The notes: a model not told the origin generated them from the sequence alone. Counted from the first letter of the stretch, positions 29,574-41,861 are shown. The stretch: DNA of 54,036 nt from Archaeoglobus sp. JdFR-37 (GCA_002010215.1 MTMY01000028.1:1-54036); one strand, 5' to 3'. Program-made: numbers and translations.

Positions 29574-30449
29574 ATGGCCATTATTGTTGATGAAAACACA
29601 AAGGTGGTTGTTCAGGGAATAACAGGCTCTCAGGGGTCTTTTCATGCGGAGAGAATGCTGAAGTACGGGACAAGGATAGTTGCCGGCGTTACACCTGGCA
29701 AAGGAGGCAACACTGTTCTTGGCGTTCCGGTATTCGATACGGTGAGGCAGGCAGTAGAGGAGAGAGGAGCCAATGCAAGTGTAATCTTCGTTCCAGCTCC
29801 CTTTGCTGCCGATGCAGTTATGGAGGCAGTGGATGCTGGTATCGATGTTGTGGTGTGTATAACAGAAGGCATTCCCGTCCACGATGAGCTGAAAATGTAC
29901 AAAAGAGTTAGAGCAGCGGGAGCAACTCTTATTGGCCCCAACTGTCCCGGGATAATAAGCGTCGAGAAAACGCATCTTGGCATCATGCCCACGCAGATTT
30001 TTAAGCCCGGAAAGGTGGGGATAGTGTCTAGGAGCGGTACGCTAACTTATCAGGTGGCGTATAACCTCTCAATGCTTGGAATTGGTCAGTCCACGGTTAT
30101 CGGAATCGGTGGAGACAGAATCGTTGGTCTGAGCTTTGTTGACGTGCTGAAGCTTTTTGAGGAGGATGATGAGACGGAAGCGGTTGTTCTGATAGGTGAA
30201 ATTGGTGGGACTGATGAAGAGGAAGCAGCGGAATTCATTGCGGGGAGTATGAGTAAGCCTGTGGTTGGGTACATAGCTGGCATAACTGCCCCTCCCGGTA
30301 AGAGGATGGGTCACGCCGGAGCAATAATCGAAGGTGGTAGAGGGACAGCGGAGTCAAAGATTAAGGCCCTCAACGAAGCTGGCGTTGAGGTGGGAAGAAC
30401 CCCCATGGAAGTTGCTAAAATTGTGGAGAAGGTGGTAAAGAAGGAATAG
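29574..30449 (+). CDS. sucD: Succinyl-CoA synthetase alpha subunit
   Basis: [28 protein letters not shown] phospho-His. Confidence 0.96.
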   Translation: MAIIVDENTKVVVQGITGSQGSFHAERMLKYGTRIVAGVTPGKGGNTVLGVPVFDTVRQAVEERGANASVIFVPAPFAADAVMEAVDAGIDVVVCITEGIPVHDELKMYKRVRAAGATLIGPNCPGIISVEKTHLGIMPTQIFKPGKVGIVSRSGTLTYQVAYNLSMLGIGQSTVIGIGGDRIVGLSFVDVLKLFEEDDETEAVVLIGEIGGTDEEEAAEFIAGSMSKPVVGYIAGITAPPGKRMGHAGAIIEGGRGTAESKIKALNEAGVEVGRTPMEVAKIVEKVVKKE

Positions 30450-30469
30450 ATGGGACAGAAGGGAGAGCT

Positions 30470-32167
30470 ATGAGGGTGCACCACGACATAGTAATAGTTG
30501 GGGGCGGTCTTGCCGGTTTAAGAGCAGCCATTGCAGCTGCTGAGAAAAGCAAAAAGCTCAGCATAGCACTGATTTCAAAAACATATCCGATCAGGTGCCA
30601 CAGTGTGTGTGCAGAAGGTGGGACTGCTGCTGTACTGAGAGAAGGGGATAGCTTCGACCTTCATGCCTGGGATACTGTCAAGGGTGCGGATTTTCTCGCT
30701 GATCAGGATGCCGTCGAGTTTTTCGTCAGAGAATCGCCCAAGGAAATCCTCAGGCTTGACAACTGGGGATGTCCCTGGAGCAGGACTGAAGATGGCAGGA
30801 TAGCCCAGAGAGCATTTGGTGGGCAGAGCTTCAACAGAACTGTTTTTGCTGCCGACAGGACAGGTTTCCATGAAGTTCACACGCTTTATGAAAGAACGCT
30901 GATGTACCCCAACATAGTTCGTTATGATGAATACTTCATGACCAATCTGGTTATCGAGGATGGAGCCGCCAGGGGGATAATTGCCATAGAGCTGAAAAGC
31001 GGTGATCTGGTTCTCTTTGAAGCGAAAGCAGTCATCCTGGCCACTGGCGGTGCAGGAAGGCTTTTCGGCTTCACAACCTACAGCCATCAGGTTACTGGCG
31101 ATGGAATGGCGATTGCATATAGATGCAGAGTCCCGCTTAAAGACATGGAGTTCTTCCAGTTCCATCCTACTGGTTTGGTGCCTTCAGGCATTCTGATGAC
31201 TGAAGCATGCAGAGGTGAAGGCGGTTATCTGAGAAACAAAGACGGAGAGAGGTTCATGGAGCGCTACGCTCCGGAACGCATGGAGCTGGCCCCGAGAGAC
31301 GTTGTGGCAAGGTCAATGTGGAGGGAGATAATAGAGGGAAGGGGAATAGAGAGCGAATACGGCCCATATATAGCCCTTGACCTAACCCATCTGGGGGAGG
31401 AGAAAATTGAGGAGAGGCTACCATTAATCAGAGAGGCAGCAAAGAAGTTTGCAGGCATAGACCCGGTTGAAGAACCTATTCCTGTCAGACCAGTTGCCCA
31501 CTACACTATGGGAGGGGTTCATACCAACATGTGGTGTGAAACGCCAGTTAAAGGGCTTTACGCCACAGGCGAGGTAGCTTGCATTAGCATTCATGGAGCC
31601 AACAGACTTGGCAGCAATTCAACTGCTGAATGCCTAGTTTTCGGCAGGGTTGCAGGGGAGAAAGCTGCAGAATATGCTCTGTCGACAGAACTGAGACACG
31701 TGGATGACGACATTTACAGAGAGGAGGAGAAGAGGATATTTGATGAGTTCTTGGGCCGGAGTGGGGATGAGAGCCCGTATCAGATAAAAAAGGAGCTGAA
31801 TGAGGTTATGGATAGCAGCTTCTGGATTTTCAGGGATGGCAACGGGATGAAAGAGGGTTTCAAGAAGATTCTGGAGCTCAAGGAGAGGTACAGGAATGTC
31901 GAAATTGCTGACAACACGAGAAAGTTCAACACCGATATGATTTACGCCTTTGAAGTTGGCTTCATGCTTGATCTGGCAGAGGCGGTGGCTGCGGGGGCGA
32001 TTGCAAGAACTGAAAGCAGAGGAGCTCACTACAGGCTGGACTATCCAGAGAGAGATGATGAGAACTGGCTCAAGCATACCCTCGCTTACTACACTCCCGA
32101 TGGGCCAAAGCTGGAGTACATTCCTGTCACAATAACGAAATGGCAGCCGGTGGAAAGGAAGTATTAG
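30470..32167 (+). CDS. sdhA: Succinate dehydrogenase / fumarate reductase flavoprotein
   Basis: [19 protein letters not shown]-His, [27 protein letters not shown]. Confidence 0.95.
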   Translation: MRVHHDIVIVGGGLAGLRAAIAAAEKSKKLSIALISKTYPIRCHSVCAEGGTAAVLREGDSFDLHAWDTVKGADFLADQDAVEFFVRESPKEILRLDNWGCPWSRTEDGRIAQRAFGGQSFNRTVFAADRTGFHEVHTLYERTLMYPNIVRYDEYFMTNLVIEDGAARGIIAIELKSGDLVLFEAKAVILATGGAGRLFGFTTYSHQVTGDGMAIAYRCRVPLKDMEFFQFHPTGLVPSGILMTEACRGEGGYLRNKDGERFMERYAPERMELAPRDVVARSMWREIIEGRGIESEYGPYIALDLTHLGEEKIEERLPLIREAAKKFAGIDPVEEPIPVRPVAHYTMGGVHTNMWCETPVKGLYATGEVACISIHGANRLGSNSTAECLVFGRVAGEKAAEYALSTELRHVDDDIYREEEKRIFDEFLGRSGDESPYQIKKELNEVMDSSFWIFRDGNGMKEGFKKILELKERYRNVEIADNTRKFNTDMIYAFEVGFMLDLAEAVAAGAIARTESRGAHYRLDYPERDDENWLKHTLAYYTPDGPKLEYIPVTITKWQPVERKY

Positions 32168-32192
32168 CGAGGTGTTAGCGAGGGGTGGTTTG

Positions 32193-32906
32193 ATGAAGGT
32201 GATCTTTAACATCCGCAGGTTTGACGGCGAAAAAGACTACTGGCAGAGCTTTGCAGTTCCAGTTTTCAGAGGGATGACTCTTCTAGAAGGTTTATTCTAC
32301 ATCAAGGAGAATCTGGATGGAAGTCTCGCTTTCAGGGCTTCATGCAGGATGGGTGTGTGCGGAAGTTGCGCTGTGAAGGTGAACGGAAAGCCAGTTCTGG
32401 CGTGTGAAACCCAGATATCTTCTGTGAATTCCTCAAAGCTGGACATAGAACCTATAGATAACTTCAGAGTGATAAAAGACCTTGTTACCGACTTTGAAGG
32501 CTTTTTCAGGAAGCACGAGGCTGTTAAACCCTACCTTATAAGGAATGATGATAACTACGAGAATCCGGTTGAGCTGATTCAGACACCGAAACAGATGAAG
32601 AGCTACTATACCTTCAGCCTCTGCATAAAGTGTGGAGCGTGCTACTCAGTATGTCCCGCAGCGGCAACAAGAAGTGATTATCTCGGCCCCGCTGCAATAA
32701 CTGCTGCATGGCGCTTCATTGCGGACAGCAGAGATGAGGGAAAGGAAGAGAGGTATGAAGCGGTGTGTGGAGACAACGGTGTCTGGAGATGCCATTTTGC
32801 TGCTGAGTGCAGCGAGGTCTGCCCGAAAAAAGTTGAACCTGCCAAAGCCGTCCAGAAAATGAGAATTCGAACGGCTCTGCACGCCATAAAGAAGGTGATT
32901 TTATGA
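32193..32906 (+). CDS. sdhB: Succinate dehydrogenase iron-sulfur subunit
   Basis: CRMGVCGSC, CIKCGACYSVCP, CHFAAECSEVCP. Confidence 0.95.
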   Translation: MKVIFNIRRFDGEKDYWQSFAVPVFRGMTLLEGLFYIKENLDGSLAFRASCRMGVCGSCAVKVNGKPVLACETQISSVNSSKLDIEPIDNFRVIKDLVTDFEGFFRKHEAVKPYLIRNDDNYENPVELIQTPKQMKSYYTFSLCIKCGACYSVCPAAATRSDYLGPAAITAAWRFIADSRDEGKEERYEAVCGDNGVWRCHFAAECSEVCPKKVEPAKAVQKMRIRTALHAIKKVIL

Positions 32907-33280
32907 GTGTGGCTGATTGGTTCAGAGTCAGGGGGAGAAGTCTTCAGAGCATATCGTTCAGCCTCCACAGATTGACGGGTTTAGTGCTATTCATTTATCT
33001 GCTGATGCATCTCAGCTACCTCACATCTCTGAAGCTCGGAAAGGAGGTTTATGAATCGCTGATAGCCACCACAGTCTCTCCAGCTTTTCTGCCATTTGAC
33101 ATACTTCTACTTCTCGCCACCATCTTCCACGGAGTCAATGGGATTAGGGTTGTTCTCAATGAGTTCGGTATCGGTTATGAAGCTCGGAAAGCAATGCTGT
33201 ACGCAGCCTATCTTATCACAGCAATCCTGTGGATAATTGCCAGCGTTGCCATGTACAACTTCGTGGTGGGGGTGAGATAA
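32903..33280 (+). CDS. sdhC: Succinate dehydrogenase cytochrome b subunit
   Basis: LHRLTG, FHGVNGIR, three TM helices. Confidence 0.9.
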   Translation: MSVADWFRVRGRSLQSISFSLHRLTGLVLFIYLLMHLSYLTSLKLGKEVYESLIATTVSPAFLPFDILLLLATIFHGVNGIRVVLNEFGIGYEARKAMLYAAYLITAILWIIASVAMYNFVVGVR

Positions 33281-33640
33281 ATGGATGAGCTTGAGGGGAT
33301 GCACACTAGGCGTGTGCTTGAACCAGCGGCATGGATACTCCAGATGGTTTCCGGATTGCTCTTGGCTGCGCTGATTGCCATCCATCTTTATGTGACCCAC
33401 TTCTCAACCCATGACGCATTGGCTTACGAGAACGTAGTAGAGAGGTTCAGGGATGCAGGCTTCAAGGCAATTTACACACTTCTACTCCTTGCGGTGACAT
33501 TCCATGCATTCAATGGTGTAAGAGCAATAGTTCTGGACACCGATTTTGGTGCAAAGAACAGGAGAGCTGTAAACTGGCTTCTAATGCTCCTGTTCGTTGC
33601 CGCCTTTGCTTACGGGATATTGCTGATGAGTTCTGTGTAA
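33281..33640 (+). CDS. sdhD: Succinate dehydrogenase membrane anchor
   Basis: WILQMVSG, FHAFNGVRAIVLD, three TM helices. Confidence 0.88.
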   Translation: MDELEGMHTRRVLEPAAWILQMVSGLLLAALIAIHLYVTHFSTHDALAYENVVERFRDAGFKAIYTLLLLAVTFHAFNGVRAIVLDTDFGAKNRRAVNWLLMLLFVAAFAYGILLMSSV

Positions 33641-33735
33641 TGCAAAAATATTTTTAACAATTCATTTTTAACTATAATCTTCTGCTCGAACCATAGCTAG
33701 TGGATTGTTGGCTGCTAAGCATAATTAAACATTTA

Positions 33736-34221
33736 CTAGGTATCAGAACGGGAGGAGCCAGAACTCTCAAAAATTTCTCTGGCCCAATCAGCCAGATAAA
33801 CCTTGTAGGTTTTCCCGAATTTTTCTCTGACAATCAGGTCTTTTTCCTCAAGTTTCTTCATGAGTGTTGAGAGCTTGGAATGGGAAAATCCTGTCCTGAA
33901 GTGCAGGGAATCTTGAGTTATACCTTCATTTTCGCCAATTATCTCAATAATCATGGCTTCATCTTCGCTCAGAAGCTTCTTGAGTCTGTCGGGAAGACAT
34001 GTGCCTCCGGACTTCTCTGCGGGAGGGTAAGATGCCTCCACCTCAGTTTCTTGGGCTTCTTCAACCTCACCCTTCAAATATGGATACAGGAGAAGAAAAA
34101 CAGCAGCTATCAATATTATAGTGTTCAGTGAGGAGTTCATATGCATCGGCATGCTTGGTAGAGAGAGAACTGCAAACAAAACCAGGACTATTGCGATTAT
34201 CTGAAGTGTACGGTCGTCCAT
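33736..34221 (-). CDS. Membrane-anchored MarR-type winged-helix protein
   Basis: Two N-terminal TM helices, then LSEDE..I..II...GITQ..L...TGFS.SK.S...LE...LI.REK.G. Confidence 0.75.
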   Translation of the reverse strand: MDDRTLQIIAIVLVLFAVLSLPSMPMHMNSSLNTIILIAAVFLLLYPYLKGEVEEAQETEVEASYPPAEKSGGTCLPDRLKKLLSEDEAMIIEIIGENEGITQDSLHFRTGFSHSKLSTLMKKLEEKDLIVREKFGKTYKVYLADWAREIFESSGSSRSDT

Positions 34222-34275
34222 CCTGCTTTACCTCCTATATAATAGCGTTAAAGAATTATATAAAGAATTTGGAAG

Positions 34276-34755
34276 TTATTCCTCAGGAATTTCTATGGCT
34301 CCTTTGTCGATGAGCTTCTGAACTTCCTTGGGATGTTTACCTTCGACACTCACACCCATGGAAACTGCGGTCCCCAGCACTTCTTTTACCGCTGCTTTCA
34401 GCGAATACGCCAGCATCTCGCCTTTCTTCATCTTTGCAATCTTTATAACCTGATCCATGCTCAGATCACCTACGAACTCCCTGCCAGTTTGGTTGCTGCC
34501 TTTCTCCAGCTTGAGCTCCATTTTGATCAGCGCAGATGTTGGTGGAACACCCACTTCAACATCAAAGCTCTTGTCTTCGTGGACAATTATCTTGACTGGA
34601 ACTGAAAGGCCGTCGAAGTCCTTTGTCAATTCGTTTATCTTGTCGACAACCTGTTTTACGTTCAGGCCAAGAGGACCTATTGCCGGTCCTAATGGTGGGC
34701 CTGGAGAAGCCTTACCTCCGGGAACTAGTACTTCAACCACTTGCTCCATTTTCAC
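34276..34755 (-). CDS. rpl11: 50S ribosomal protein L11
   Basis: [33 protein letters not shown]. Confidence 0.97.
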   Translation of the reverse strand: MKMEQVVEVLVPGGKASPGPPLGPAIGPLGLNVKQVVDKINELTKDFDGLSVPVKIIVHEDKSFDVEVGVPPTSALIKMELKLEKGSNQTGREFVGDLSMDQVIKIAKMKKGEMLAYSLKAAVKEVLGTAVSMGVSVEGKHPKEVQKLIDKGAIEIPEE

Positions 34756-35207
34756 ACCTCCTCTTCTTTCTTGTCTATAATTCTCACGTGATCAGCTTTC
34801 ACAGTTACGGGAATCGGCACAACAGCTTCCATAAGCTCAACCGTTATCTCGTTCTTGGCCTCATCCACCCTTTTGACAATGGCCAGTTCACCTCTGAAAG
34901 GTCCTGAGACAATTTCTACGGTGTATCCCTCTTTTATCTGCTCTGCTGCTTTCTTTGGAGTTAGAAAGTGCTCAATCTCCTGAAAAGTCACTTCTCCCCT
35001 TACAACGCCCTTAACGTGGGGGACGCCCTTAATAGCCCTCAGCAAGTCCTCCATACCTTCAGCTTCTACAATTATGTACCCCTTCATCTCCTTAGGGGCG
35101 AGTATGGAGTAGACTCCAAGCTGATACTTTTTCACAGCCATCTCCATGAGATTAGCCACGACTCTTTCCTGATTTGCTGTTGTTTTCACTGCGAAAAACC
35201 TGCTCAT
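34752..35207 (-). CDS. spt5: Transcription elongation factor Spt5 (NusG)
   Basis: NGN domain (KTTANQE, GYIIVEA) plus KOW ([10 protein letters not shown]). Confidence 0.96.
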   Translation of the reverse strand: MSRFFAVKTTANQERVVANLMEMAVKKYQLGVYSILAPKEMKGYIIVEAEGMEDLLRAIKGVPHVKGVVRGEVTFQEIEHFLTPKKAAEQIKEGYTVEIVSGPFRGELAIVKRVDEAKNEITVELMEAVVPIPVTVKADHVRIIDKKEEEV

Positions 35208-35398
35208 TTAAACGCCCCCGGAAGAACGTCTAATATCAAATAGATAAGAAAGCCTAGAAGACCAATGACGAACATCATTCCTATAGCTACCTTCGTTGTC
35301 ATGGAGAACTCCTCTCTATCTGGCTTCCTTGTCATCTTCAGTACGTTGTAGTATTCTTTGAGCTTTTTCTGGATATCCATGTTCATGAAACCAGCCAT
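35204..35398 (-). CDS. secE: Protein translocase SecE / Sec61 gamma
   Basis: VLKMTRKPDREEF followed by a TM helix; conserved ftsZ-secE-spt5-rpl11 order. Confidence 0.92.
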   Translation of the reverse strand: MAGFMNMDIQKKLKEYYNVLKMTRKPDREEFSMTTKVAIGMMFVIGLLGFLIYLILDVLPGAFK

Positions 35399-35424
35399 CA
35401 GTGCAGGGATTTTAAACTTTACCG

Positions 35425-36519
35425 CTACTTCACGAAGTCAATACCATATCGTCTGGTGATTGGATAACCTTTCTTGCCCAGTATCTGGGGGGATTTCACG
35501 CCGGTTACAATAAGCAATGTCCTTATAGTGTTCTCAAGTTCAGGATCAACCATAGCACCCCAGATTATCCTGGCATCCGGGTCTATCTTGGTGTAGATCT
35601 CTTCGACAATGCTCTCTGCCTCTTCTATTGTCATGTCCGGTCCTCCCGTAACGTTGACCAGTGCTGCTTTCGCTCCGGTTATGTCTACATCCAGCAACGG
35701 GCTCTTCAGGGCTTTTCTCACACTTTCAGCAGCTTTGTCCTCGCCACTAGCCTCACCCAGCCCAATCATTGCAACTCCACCCTTCTCCATAACTGTTCTC
35801 ACGTCAGCAAAGTCGAGATTTATCAGAGCTGGCTTGGTTATCAGCTCGGTGATACCCTTTACCGCCCTCATGAGTATCTCGTCAGCTACTTTGAAGGCGA
35901 GGGGCATGGGATAGTTGGGAACAACTTCCAGAAGTTTGTCGTTGGGGATGACGATGACTGTGTCAGTAACTTCTCTGAGCCTCTCAAGGCCAGCTTCAGC
36001 ATTAGCTCTTCTTATAGCTCCTTCAGCGCTGAATGGGAAGGTCACAACAGCAATTGTAAGAGCTCCAGCGTCCTGAGATGCTTCAGCAACCACTGGAGCA
36101 GCTCCAGTACCGGTTCCACCGCCAAGACCACATGTTATGAACACCAGGTCAGAACCTTCAACAGCCTGCTTTATCTCCTCTTCATTCTCTCTGGCTGCCT
36201 CTTCGCCAATCTGAGGAAGGCTTCCGGCTCCAAGCCCTCTTGTCCTCCTCTTCCCTATAAGGAGCCTCTTGTGTGCCTTTGTATAGTATAGGTGCTGGAC
36301 ATCGGTGTTTATGGCAATAAGCTCCGCACCATCGATACCCTCTTCAAACATTCTGGTAACGGTGTTGCACCCGCTACCTCCAACACCGATTACCCTGATG
36401 ACTGTTTTGAGCTCATGCAGCATCTGAAGTATTTCATCCTCGACATTCTCTGCAGGAGCCCTGTGTTTCTCCATCTCTGCCCGTGCAAGTGCCTCCTCTA
36501 CAAGAGATTTCATAATCAT
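35425..36519 (-). CDS. ftsZ: Cell division protein FtsZ
   Basis: [17 protein letters not shown] tubulin motif, INLDFADV. Confidence 0.97.
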   Translation of the reverse strand: MIMKSLVEEALARAEMEKHRAPAENVEDEILQMLHELKTVIRVIGVGGSGCNTVTRMFEEGIDGAELIAINTDVQHLYYTKAHKRLLIGKRRTRGLGAGSLPQIGEEAARENEEEIKQAVEGSDLVFITCGLGGGTGTGAAPVVAEASQDAGALTIAVVTFPFSAEGAIRRANAEAGLERLREVTDTVIVIPNDKLLEVVPNYPMPLAFKVADEILMRAVKGITELITKPALINLDFADVRTVMEKGGVAMIGLGEASGEDKAAESVRKALKSPLLDVDITGAKAALVNVTGGPDMTIEEAESIVEEIYTKIDPDARIIWGAMVDPELENTIRTLLIVTGVKSPQILGKKGYPITRRYGIDFVK

Positions 36520-36586
36520 CTCTCCTTTAAATGACTCTAAAATTTTCCGGGTGGAATAGTATATAAATCTTTGTTTCCAGCTTTTG

Positions 36587-37804
36587 ATGATGTTGATTTC
36601 AGGAAAACTGCTTTACAGGGGAGATATCATCGAAGCGGGCCTGAGAATTGAGGAAGGAAGGATTAAAGAGATATCAAAAGGCATTGATGGTCGGAAGATT
36701 AAGGGTCTGATACTGCCTGCAGCCATAGATGTTCATGTTCATCTGAGGGATTTTGAGGAGAGGGATAAGGAGACAATTAAAAGTGGCTCTCTCTCTGCAC
36801 TTCATGGCGGAGTATGTCTTGTTGTGGATCAGCCCAACACGAATCCATTTATTGATTCGCCAGCGGTTTTTAAAAGGAGGGTTAAGGAGGCATCGAAAAA
36901 GAGCTATGTTGATTACTCTCTCAATCTAGGGCTCACTTCAAATAATGTTGCGAATATTCGCCAGATTGTGAATGAGATTCGAAGCAATTTTCCAATCCAT
37001 GCCATCGGCGAGATATTCCTTCAGCATTCTGATGCCAGATATCAGGTGAGCTATGAGGAGCTTGGAAAGGCAAGGAGTATGACGGACGTTTTGCTGACCG
37101 TTCATGCAGAGGATCCGGCTTATGTGGAGGGGAATGATATCCCGAACTTCCTTTTCAGGAAGGAAATGGCTGAGCTGGAGGCAGTTAGGAATGTCGTTAA
37201 GCTTGGCATTCACATATGCCATGTTTCACTTTACGAGTCTCTTAAGCTCGTTCATTCCTCACCCTCAACCGCTGAAGTCACTCCACACCATCTGCTCCTC
37301 AGCAAGGAAGATTTTGACAGGCTCAAAGGCTTTATCAATGTGAATCCGCCTCTCAGAAGTAGAGGGAACGCAGAAATGCTCCTGAAAAATTTCAACATGT
37401 TTGATATACTTGCATCTGACCACGCCCCTCACAGAGAGGAGGATAAACTTAGAAGTGCTTCTGGCTTTCCGGGCGTTGAAACAATGTATCCACTTATGAT
37501 GAGTTTAGTCAGAAATCATGTGATCGGGCTGAATGATCTGGTGGAGAGGATCGCCATAAATCCGGCGAAAATCTTCGGATTTCGTAGCTATGGGGAGATA
37601 GAGGTAGGAAACTTTGCAAATCTTGCTGTGTTCGATTTCTCTGATGTCAGAATCATAAGGGCTACTGAACTTCATTCATTATGCCAGTGGACGCCTTATG
37701 AAGGCTTTGAGGCCATTTTCCCTCACACTGTGATTCTGAGGGGAGAACTGGTACTTGAAGGTGGAGAGGTGCTGATTGAACCGGGCTTTGGAAGCGTGGT
37801 TTGA
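36587..37804 (+). CDS. pyrC: Dihydroorotase
   Basis: [37 protein letters not shown]. Confidence 0.9.
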   Translation: MMLISGKLLYRGDIIEAGLRIEEGRIKEISKGIDGRKIKGLILPAAIDVHVHLRDFEERDKETIKSGSLSALHGGVCLVVDQPNTNPFIDSPAVFKRRVKEASKKSYVDYSLNLGLTSNNVANIRQIVNEIRSNFPIHAIGEIFLQHSDARYQVSYEELGKARSMTDVLLTVHAEDPAYVEGNDIPNFLFRKEMAELEAVRNVVKLGIHICHVSLYESLKLVHSSPSTAEVTPHHLLLSKEDFDRLKGFINVNPPLRSRGNAEMLLKNFNMFDILASDHAPHREEDKLRSASGFPGVETMYPLMMSLVRNHVIGLNDLVERIAINPAKIFGFRSYGEIEVGNFANLAVFDFSDVRIIRATELHSLCQWTPYEGFEAIFPHTVILRGELVLEGGEVLIEPGFGSVV

Positions 37805-38781
37805 GTCCTATGATGTCTATGACGTTTATGGCCGGTGTTGCTGACATTGCCTCAATTTTCAATTTTGCCAGCACAACTCCATCAATGCTGGTGCTATCCC
37901 TTGCGATCATCCTAGACCTTCTGATGGGAGAACCACCGTCAAAAATCCATCCAGTAGTCTGGATGGGGAAGTTAGCAGGCTTCATGGATAGAATTTACCC
38001 GAGAAGAGGGAGGACTGACGTATTTGCCGGAGCTCTGGTGCTGTTAATTGTAATTTTTTTCGCTCTGGGAATAACATTTGCTGTTAATCTCTTACCCTTC
38101 TCCCTCTCACTGATTGCTGAGATTTACCTTGTATTCTCCAGCATATCCATCAGAAGTATGGCGGAGCATGCTTTGAGGTGTGTGGGCCAGAATGTAGAGC
38201 AGAATAAGCAGAATAGAGTGAGAAGAGAAGAGGTGGCGATGATCGTTAGCAGAGATGTTGAAAAGCTCAGTGAAGCGCAGCTTTCCAGTGCTGTCATCGA
38301 ATCCACAGCCGAGAACTTTGTTGATGGCCTTTTTGCTCCCATCTTTTACTACGTCATCCTCGGATTGCCTGGTTTGATGCTCTATAAAGCCGTCAACATC
38401 TGCGATGCAATGCTAGGCTATAAAAATGAGAAATATAGGTATTTTGGGATGGTCTCTGCAAGGGCAGATGACATTCTGAACTTCATACCTGCAAGACTCT
38501 CTGCCCTTCTCTTTATTCTGCTGAAACCCTCCGCCTGGAGGTGCATTACTCGGTTCAGAAAAGTAAAGCTGAACGGTGGCTATCCCATGAGCGGTATGGC
38601 AGCGTTGCTAGGAGTGAGGCTTGAAAAGCCAGGTGTATATGCTATAAACTGCGGAAGATTGCCGGGACCAGCAGATATAATCAGGGCAGTCAGGTATTAT
38701 TACATTCTTTCGGCATTAGCCCTCTTATTTGCCTCTTTTCTCCTCGTATCCCTACATCTTTTCAAGGGGCTCTATACCTAA
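37801..38781 (+). CDS. cbiB: Adenosylcobinamide-phosphate synthase CbiB/CobD
   Basis: GEPP..HPVVWMG, IVSRD, IESTAENFVDG..AP, YKAVN..DAMLGY, ARADD..NFIPAR; exact start uncertain. Confidence 0.9.
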   Translation: MSPMMSMTFMAGVADIASIFNFASTTPSMLVLSLAIILDLLMGEPPSKIHPVVWMGKLAGFMDRIYPRRGRTDVFAGALVLLIVIFFALGITFAVNLLPFSLSLIAEIYLVFSSISIRSMAEHALRCVGQNVEQNKQNRVRREEVAMIVSRDVEKLSEAQLSSAVIESTAENFVDGLFAPIFYYVILGLPGLMLYKAVNICDAMLGYKNEKYRYFGMVSARADDILNFIPARLSALLFILLKPSAWRCITRFRKVKLNGGYPMSGMAALLGVRLEKPGVYAINCGRLPGPADIIRAVRYYYILSALALLFASFLLVSLHLFKGLYT

Positions 38782-40425
38782 AAGTTCCAGACCATTCCGT
38801 AGCGTTACGCGTGTGGCATCCACTATTGCCAAGCGGTGCATTCTGTATTCACTCTCAGCCTTCAAGACTGGGTGATCCTTGTAGAAGTCGTTGAAGGTCA
38901 TGGCTATGTCCAGAACGTAGTCTGCGAATACATTGGGGCGGAGTTCCTTAACTATCCTCTCCACTATGTAGGAGAATTTGGAGAGCAGAACCACCAGCTT
39001 TCTTTCCATCTCATCGCATATCTCTGGATTGAATTCGAGATCTGGCATTCCTGCTTCTACAGCCTTCCTCATGATGCTGCATGCTCTGGCATGGGCATAC
39101 TGGATGTAGCTTGCTGTTTGCCTCTCAAAATCCAAAGCTTGCTTCCAGTCGAATACCATTGGCTTTTCAGGGGCAACCTTGATAAAGTCGTATCTGATGG
39201 CTCCAACAGCTACCGCTTTAGCAACCTCCTTTTTCTCCTTTTCGCTGAACTCTCTCTCCCTTATAATTTCATAGGCCTCTTCGTAAACTTTCTGTATCAG
39301 CTCGTCTGCTGATATGAACTTGCCTCTTCTTGTACTCATGGAACCTTCTGGCAGCGAGACAAACTCGAAAAAGACGATTTCTGGAGGTTTGAGGTTGAGT
39401 TTCTTCAGGATGTCACCCAGCTGCCTCCCATAAAGCTTGTGGTCTGAGCCAAGCACGTTGATGCTTCTTTCAAAATTCTGGTTTTTCCAGAGGTGGTAGG
39501 CAATATCTCTGGCAATGTAAAGCGTTGTGCCATTTTCTCTTCTGACCACCACTTCCTTCTCGTAACCCAGATCAGAGAGGTCTATTTTCCAAGCTCCATC
39601 CTTTACAAGCAATCCCTTCTCCTCAAGCTCTTTCAGAACTTTATCCACATATCCGTTTCTGATGAACTGGGATTCCCAGACGTAATCATCATGCTCCACA
39701 TTGAGCATCTGGAGAGTTTCTGTTATCCCCTCCAGAGCAGCGTTCACAACTCTTTTGAACTCTTCAACAACCTCTCCCCTGCCCTCTTCATACTCAACCA
39801 TCAGCCTTTCCGCTTCCGCATCCAGCGAAAGGTCTCCTTCTAGGTCTCTGTTTATGGCTATATATGCTTTGGCAACTGCGTGATCAGGCTTTTCCTCCTG
39901 CTTCTCATCACCAAGCCCGTACTTCCTAACTCCAAGAACTGCAAGGGCCACCTGTCTTCCCATGTCGTTGACATAGTAGTGGGTGGTGACGTTTATGCCA
40001 GCCTTTCTGAAGATTCTGGCTAGGGTATCGCCGATAATGGAGTTCCTGATGTGGCCTATGTGCAAAGGCCCATCGGGGTTTGCCGAAGTATGCTCTATCA
40101 GTGCCTCACCACCAAGCTTCAGCCTTCCGTAGTTCCAGTCCTCATCCAGAATAAGATCTATGGTGTCTTCAAGAAACTCGTAGCTGACGTTGAAGTTGAT
40201 GTATCCGTTAACCGCCTCGGCACTCCCGATGTAGTCATAAATCTCTAAAGCCAGATTTGAGAGAATTTCTTCAGCCACCTCTTGCGGACTCCTCTTCTCC
40301 TCTTTTCTCTCCTTTGCAATCTTAAATGCTCCTGTGTATGCAAGATCAGCGTGATCACTCTCTCTAACAAACCTCTCCTCGCAGCTCAACGCTTCAATAA
40401 CTTGCTTTCTGAATTCCCGGAACAT
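38752..40425 (-). CDS. argS: Arginyl-tRNA synthetase
   Basis: EHTSANPDGPLHIGH, MSTRRG, YIQYAHAR. Confidence 0.96.
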   Translation of the reverse strand: MFREFRKQVIEALSCEERFVRESDHADLAYTGAFKIAKERKEEKRSPQEVAEEILSNLALEIYDYIGSAEAVNGYINFNVSYEFLEDTIDLILDEDWNYGRLKLGGEALIEHTSANPDGPLHIGHIRNSIIGDTLARIFRKAGINVTTHYYVNDMGRQVALAVLGVRKYGLGDEKQEEKPDHAVAKAYIAINRDLEGDLSLDAEAERLMVEYEEGRGEVVEEFKRVVNAALEGITETLQMLNVEHDDYVWESQFIRNGYVDKVLKELEEKGLLVKDGAWKIDLSDLGYEKEVVVRRENGTTLYIARDIAYHLWKNQNFERSINVLGSDHKLYGRQLGDILKKLNLKPPEIVFFEFVSLPEGSMSTRRGKFISADELIQKVYEEAYEIIREREFSEKEKKEVAKAVAVGAIRYDFIKVAPEKPMVFDWKQALDFERQTASYIQYAHARACSIMRKAVEAGMPDLEFNPEICDEMERKLVVLLSKFSYIVERIVKELRPNVFADYVLDIAMTFNDFYKDHPVLKAESEYRMHRLAIVDATRVTLRNGLELLGIEPLEKM

Positions 40426-40439
40426 GGAATCACCCTACA

Positions 40440-41753
40440 TTACATCAGGATGTTGTACATATCCAGCCTTGCTTCAGCCTCATGCATCTTCTCATGCAAC
40501 TCTTCCAGGAAGTTTTTCATCATCTCCGCTGCTCTCGCCTTGCATTTTCCACACAGCAGCCTTCCCTCCCTGCAGGCTGACTCAATCTCCCTCAACTCCT
40601 CATCATCTTGAATCAGGTGGATAGTGTATAATTCAAACACCACACAGATTTCCGGTTGTCCGCCGAGCTTTCTCTGCTCCTCTGCTGTTGCTCTACCGCC
40701 GGTGAAGGCCTTCATAACCTTGTTCCTTGCCTCCTCTGGTCTCTCCAGCAGCGATATGAAGCTTTCAGGTTTTGAAGAGCTCATTTTCCCTCCTGTAAGG
40801 CCGGTGATGAACTTGTGATAGGTTGAGGCGGGAGGTATGAAGGCGAAGCCTCCAAGCTCCAGCTCGATCTCCCTGATTTCCTTCTCAATCTCTCCATAAT
40901 CCCCTTTTATGTCCAGGTGCCCTTCATATTCAACGAATTCGAACTCAAGATGTTCCCTGGCTCTGTTCAGGTACTCCTCCCCCTTCCTGCTTCTTAACCT
41001 TGCTCCGCCATCAATCCTTTCCAGGGCAAAGATGTTTGCTCTGGCTGCAAGGTCTCTGGTAAGCCTTAGATGAGGGTCTTGGTCGGCGCCTACAGGTACC
41101 ACAGTGGGCTTTGGCCCACCATACTCTTTTAGCTGGGGATGTAGTATGTCTGCTGCCTGAACTGCAGTAACTATCATTTTTGAGAGGGTCGTTTCGGAAT
41201 TAAAGCCATAGATTGCCTTCAGCTCACTCCAGTTCACCTCGATGCCCAACTCAAAGGCTAGGTCTTTAACAGCGGTGTGGGCAGACTGGAAGTAAATCAG
41301 GCTGTTTTCGTTCAGACCTAAAGCAATTATGGCTTTGACGTATTCCAGCCCTATTTTCTTTGTTTTTTCCCAGCTGAGGTTTCTCACAGCATACGCCTCC
41401 ATGTCAGCAATCCCCACGAACGCCATACCGCCCTGGCTGTTGTGCCAAATTATTTCATCCATGGTCATTTTGTGACCGAGATGGGGTAAGCCTGAAGGCA
41501 TGAAGCCCGACATGACTGCAAAGGTCTCTCCCCTATTCATGGCATCAACTATCCTGCTATAATCCCGATGCCCGAAAATGACTCCCCTCCTCATGAGAGG
41601 ATGAGGATCTTTTATGAACGGAAGAAGGGTGGAGAAGTCTTCCATCCCGAATTCCTTGATGAGCCTGCTGTAGTCAATAACCCCTTCAACTTCCCAGGGG
41701 GTAACCTTCATTTCAGAGATTTCTGCTCCACTTGTATTCTGTTCACGGTTCAT
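40440..41753 (-). CDS. trpS: Tryptophanyl-tRNA synthetase
   Basis: VTPWEV, SGFMPSG.PHLGH, QAADIL, PVGADQDPH, KMSSS; start at 41753 or 41711. Confidence 0.95.
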   Translation of the reverse strand: MNREQNTSGAEISEMKVTPWEVEGVIDYSRLIKEFGMEDFSTLLPFIKDPHPLMRRGVIFGHRDYSRIVDAMNRGETFAVMSGFMPSGLPHLGHKMTMDEIIWHNSQGGMAFVGIADMEAYAVRNLSWEKTKKIGLEYVKAIIALGLNENSLIYFQSAHTAVKDLAFELGIEVNWSELKAIYGFNSETTLSKMIVTAVQAADILHPQLKEYGGPKPTVVPVGADQDPHLRLTRDLAARANIFALERIDGGARLRSRKGEEYLNRAREHLEFEFVEYEGHLDIKGDYGEIEKEIREIELELGGFAFIPPASTYHKFITGLTGGKMSSSKPESFISLLERPEEARNKVMKAFTGGRATAEEQRKLGGQPEICVVFELYTIHLIQDDEELREIESACREGRLLCGKCKARAAEMMKNFLEELHEKMHEAEARLDMYNILM

Positions 41754-41861
41754 AGCCAAAGCTGAACTGGAAAGAATTTATAAGATTTTGCTGTTTGGGC
41801 GAAATAGTTTGGGCGAGGTAAATAGATTGTAAGAGTCGTAAAAGGTGGTAAAAACAAAGAG

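Noticed and set aside
34276..36519. rpl11 not followed by rpl1-rpl10-rpl12
   Set aside because: As far as I recall this split also occurs in Archaeoglobus, so it is not novel.
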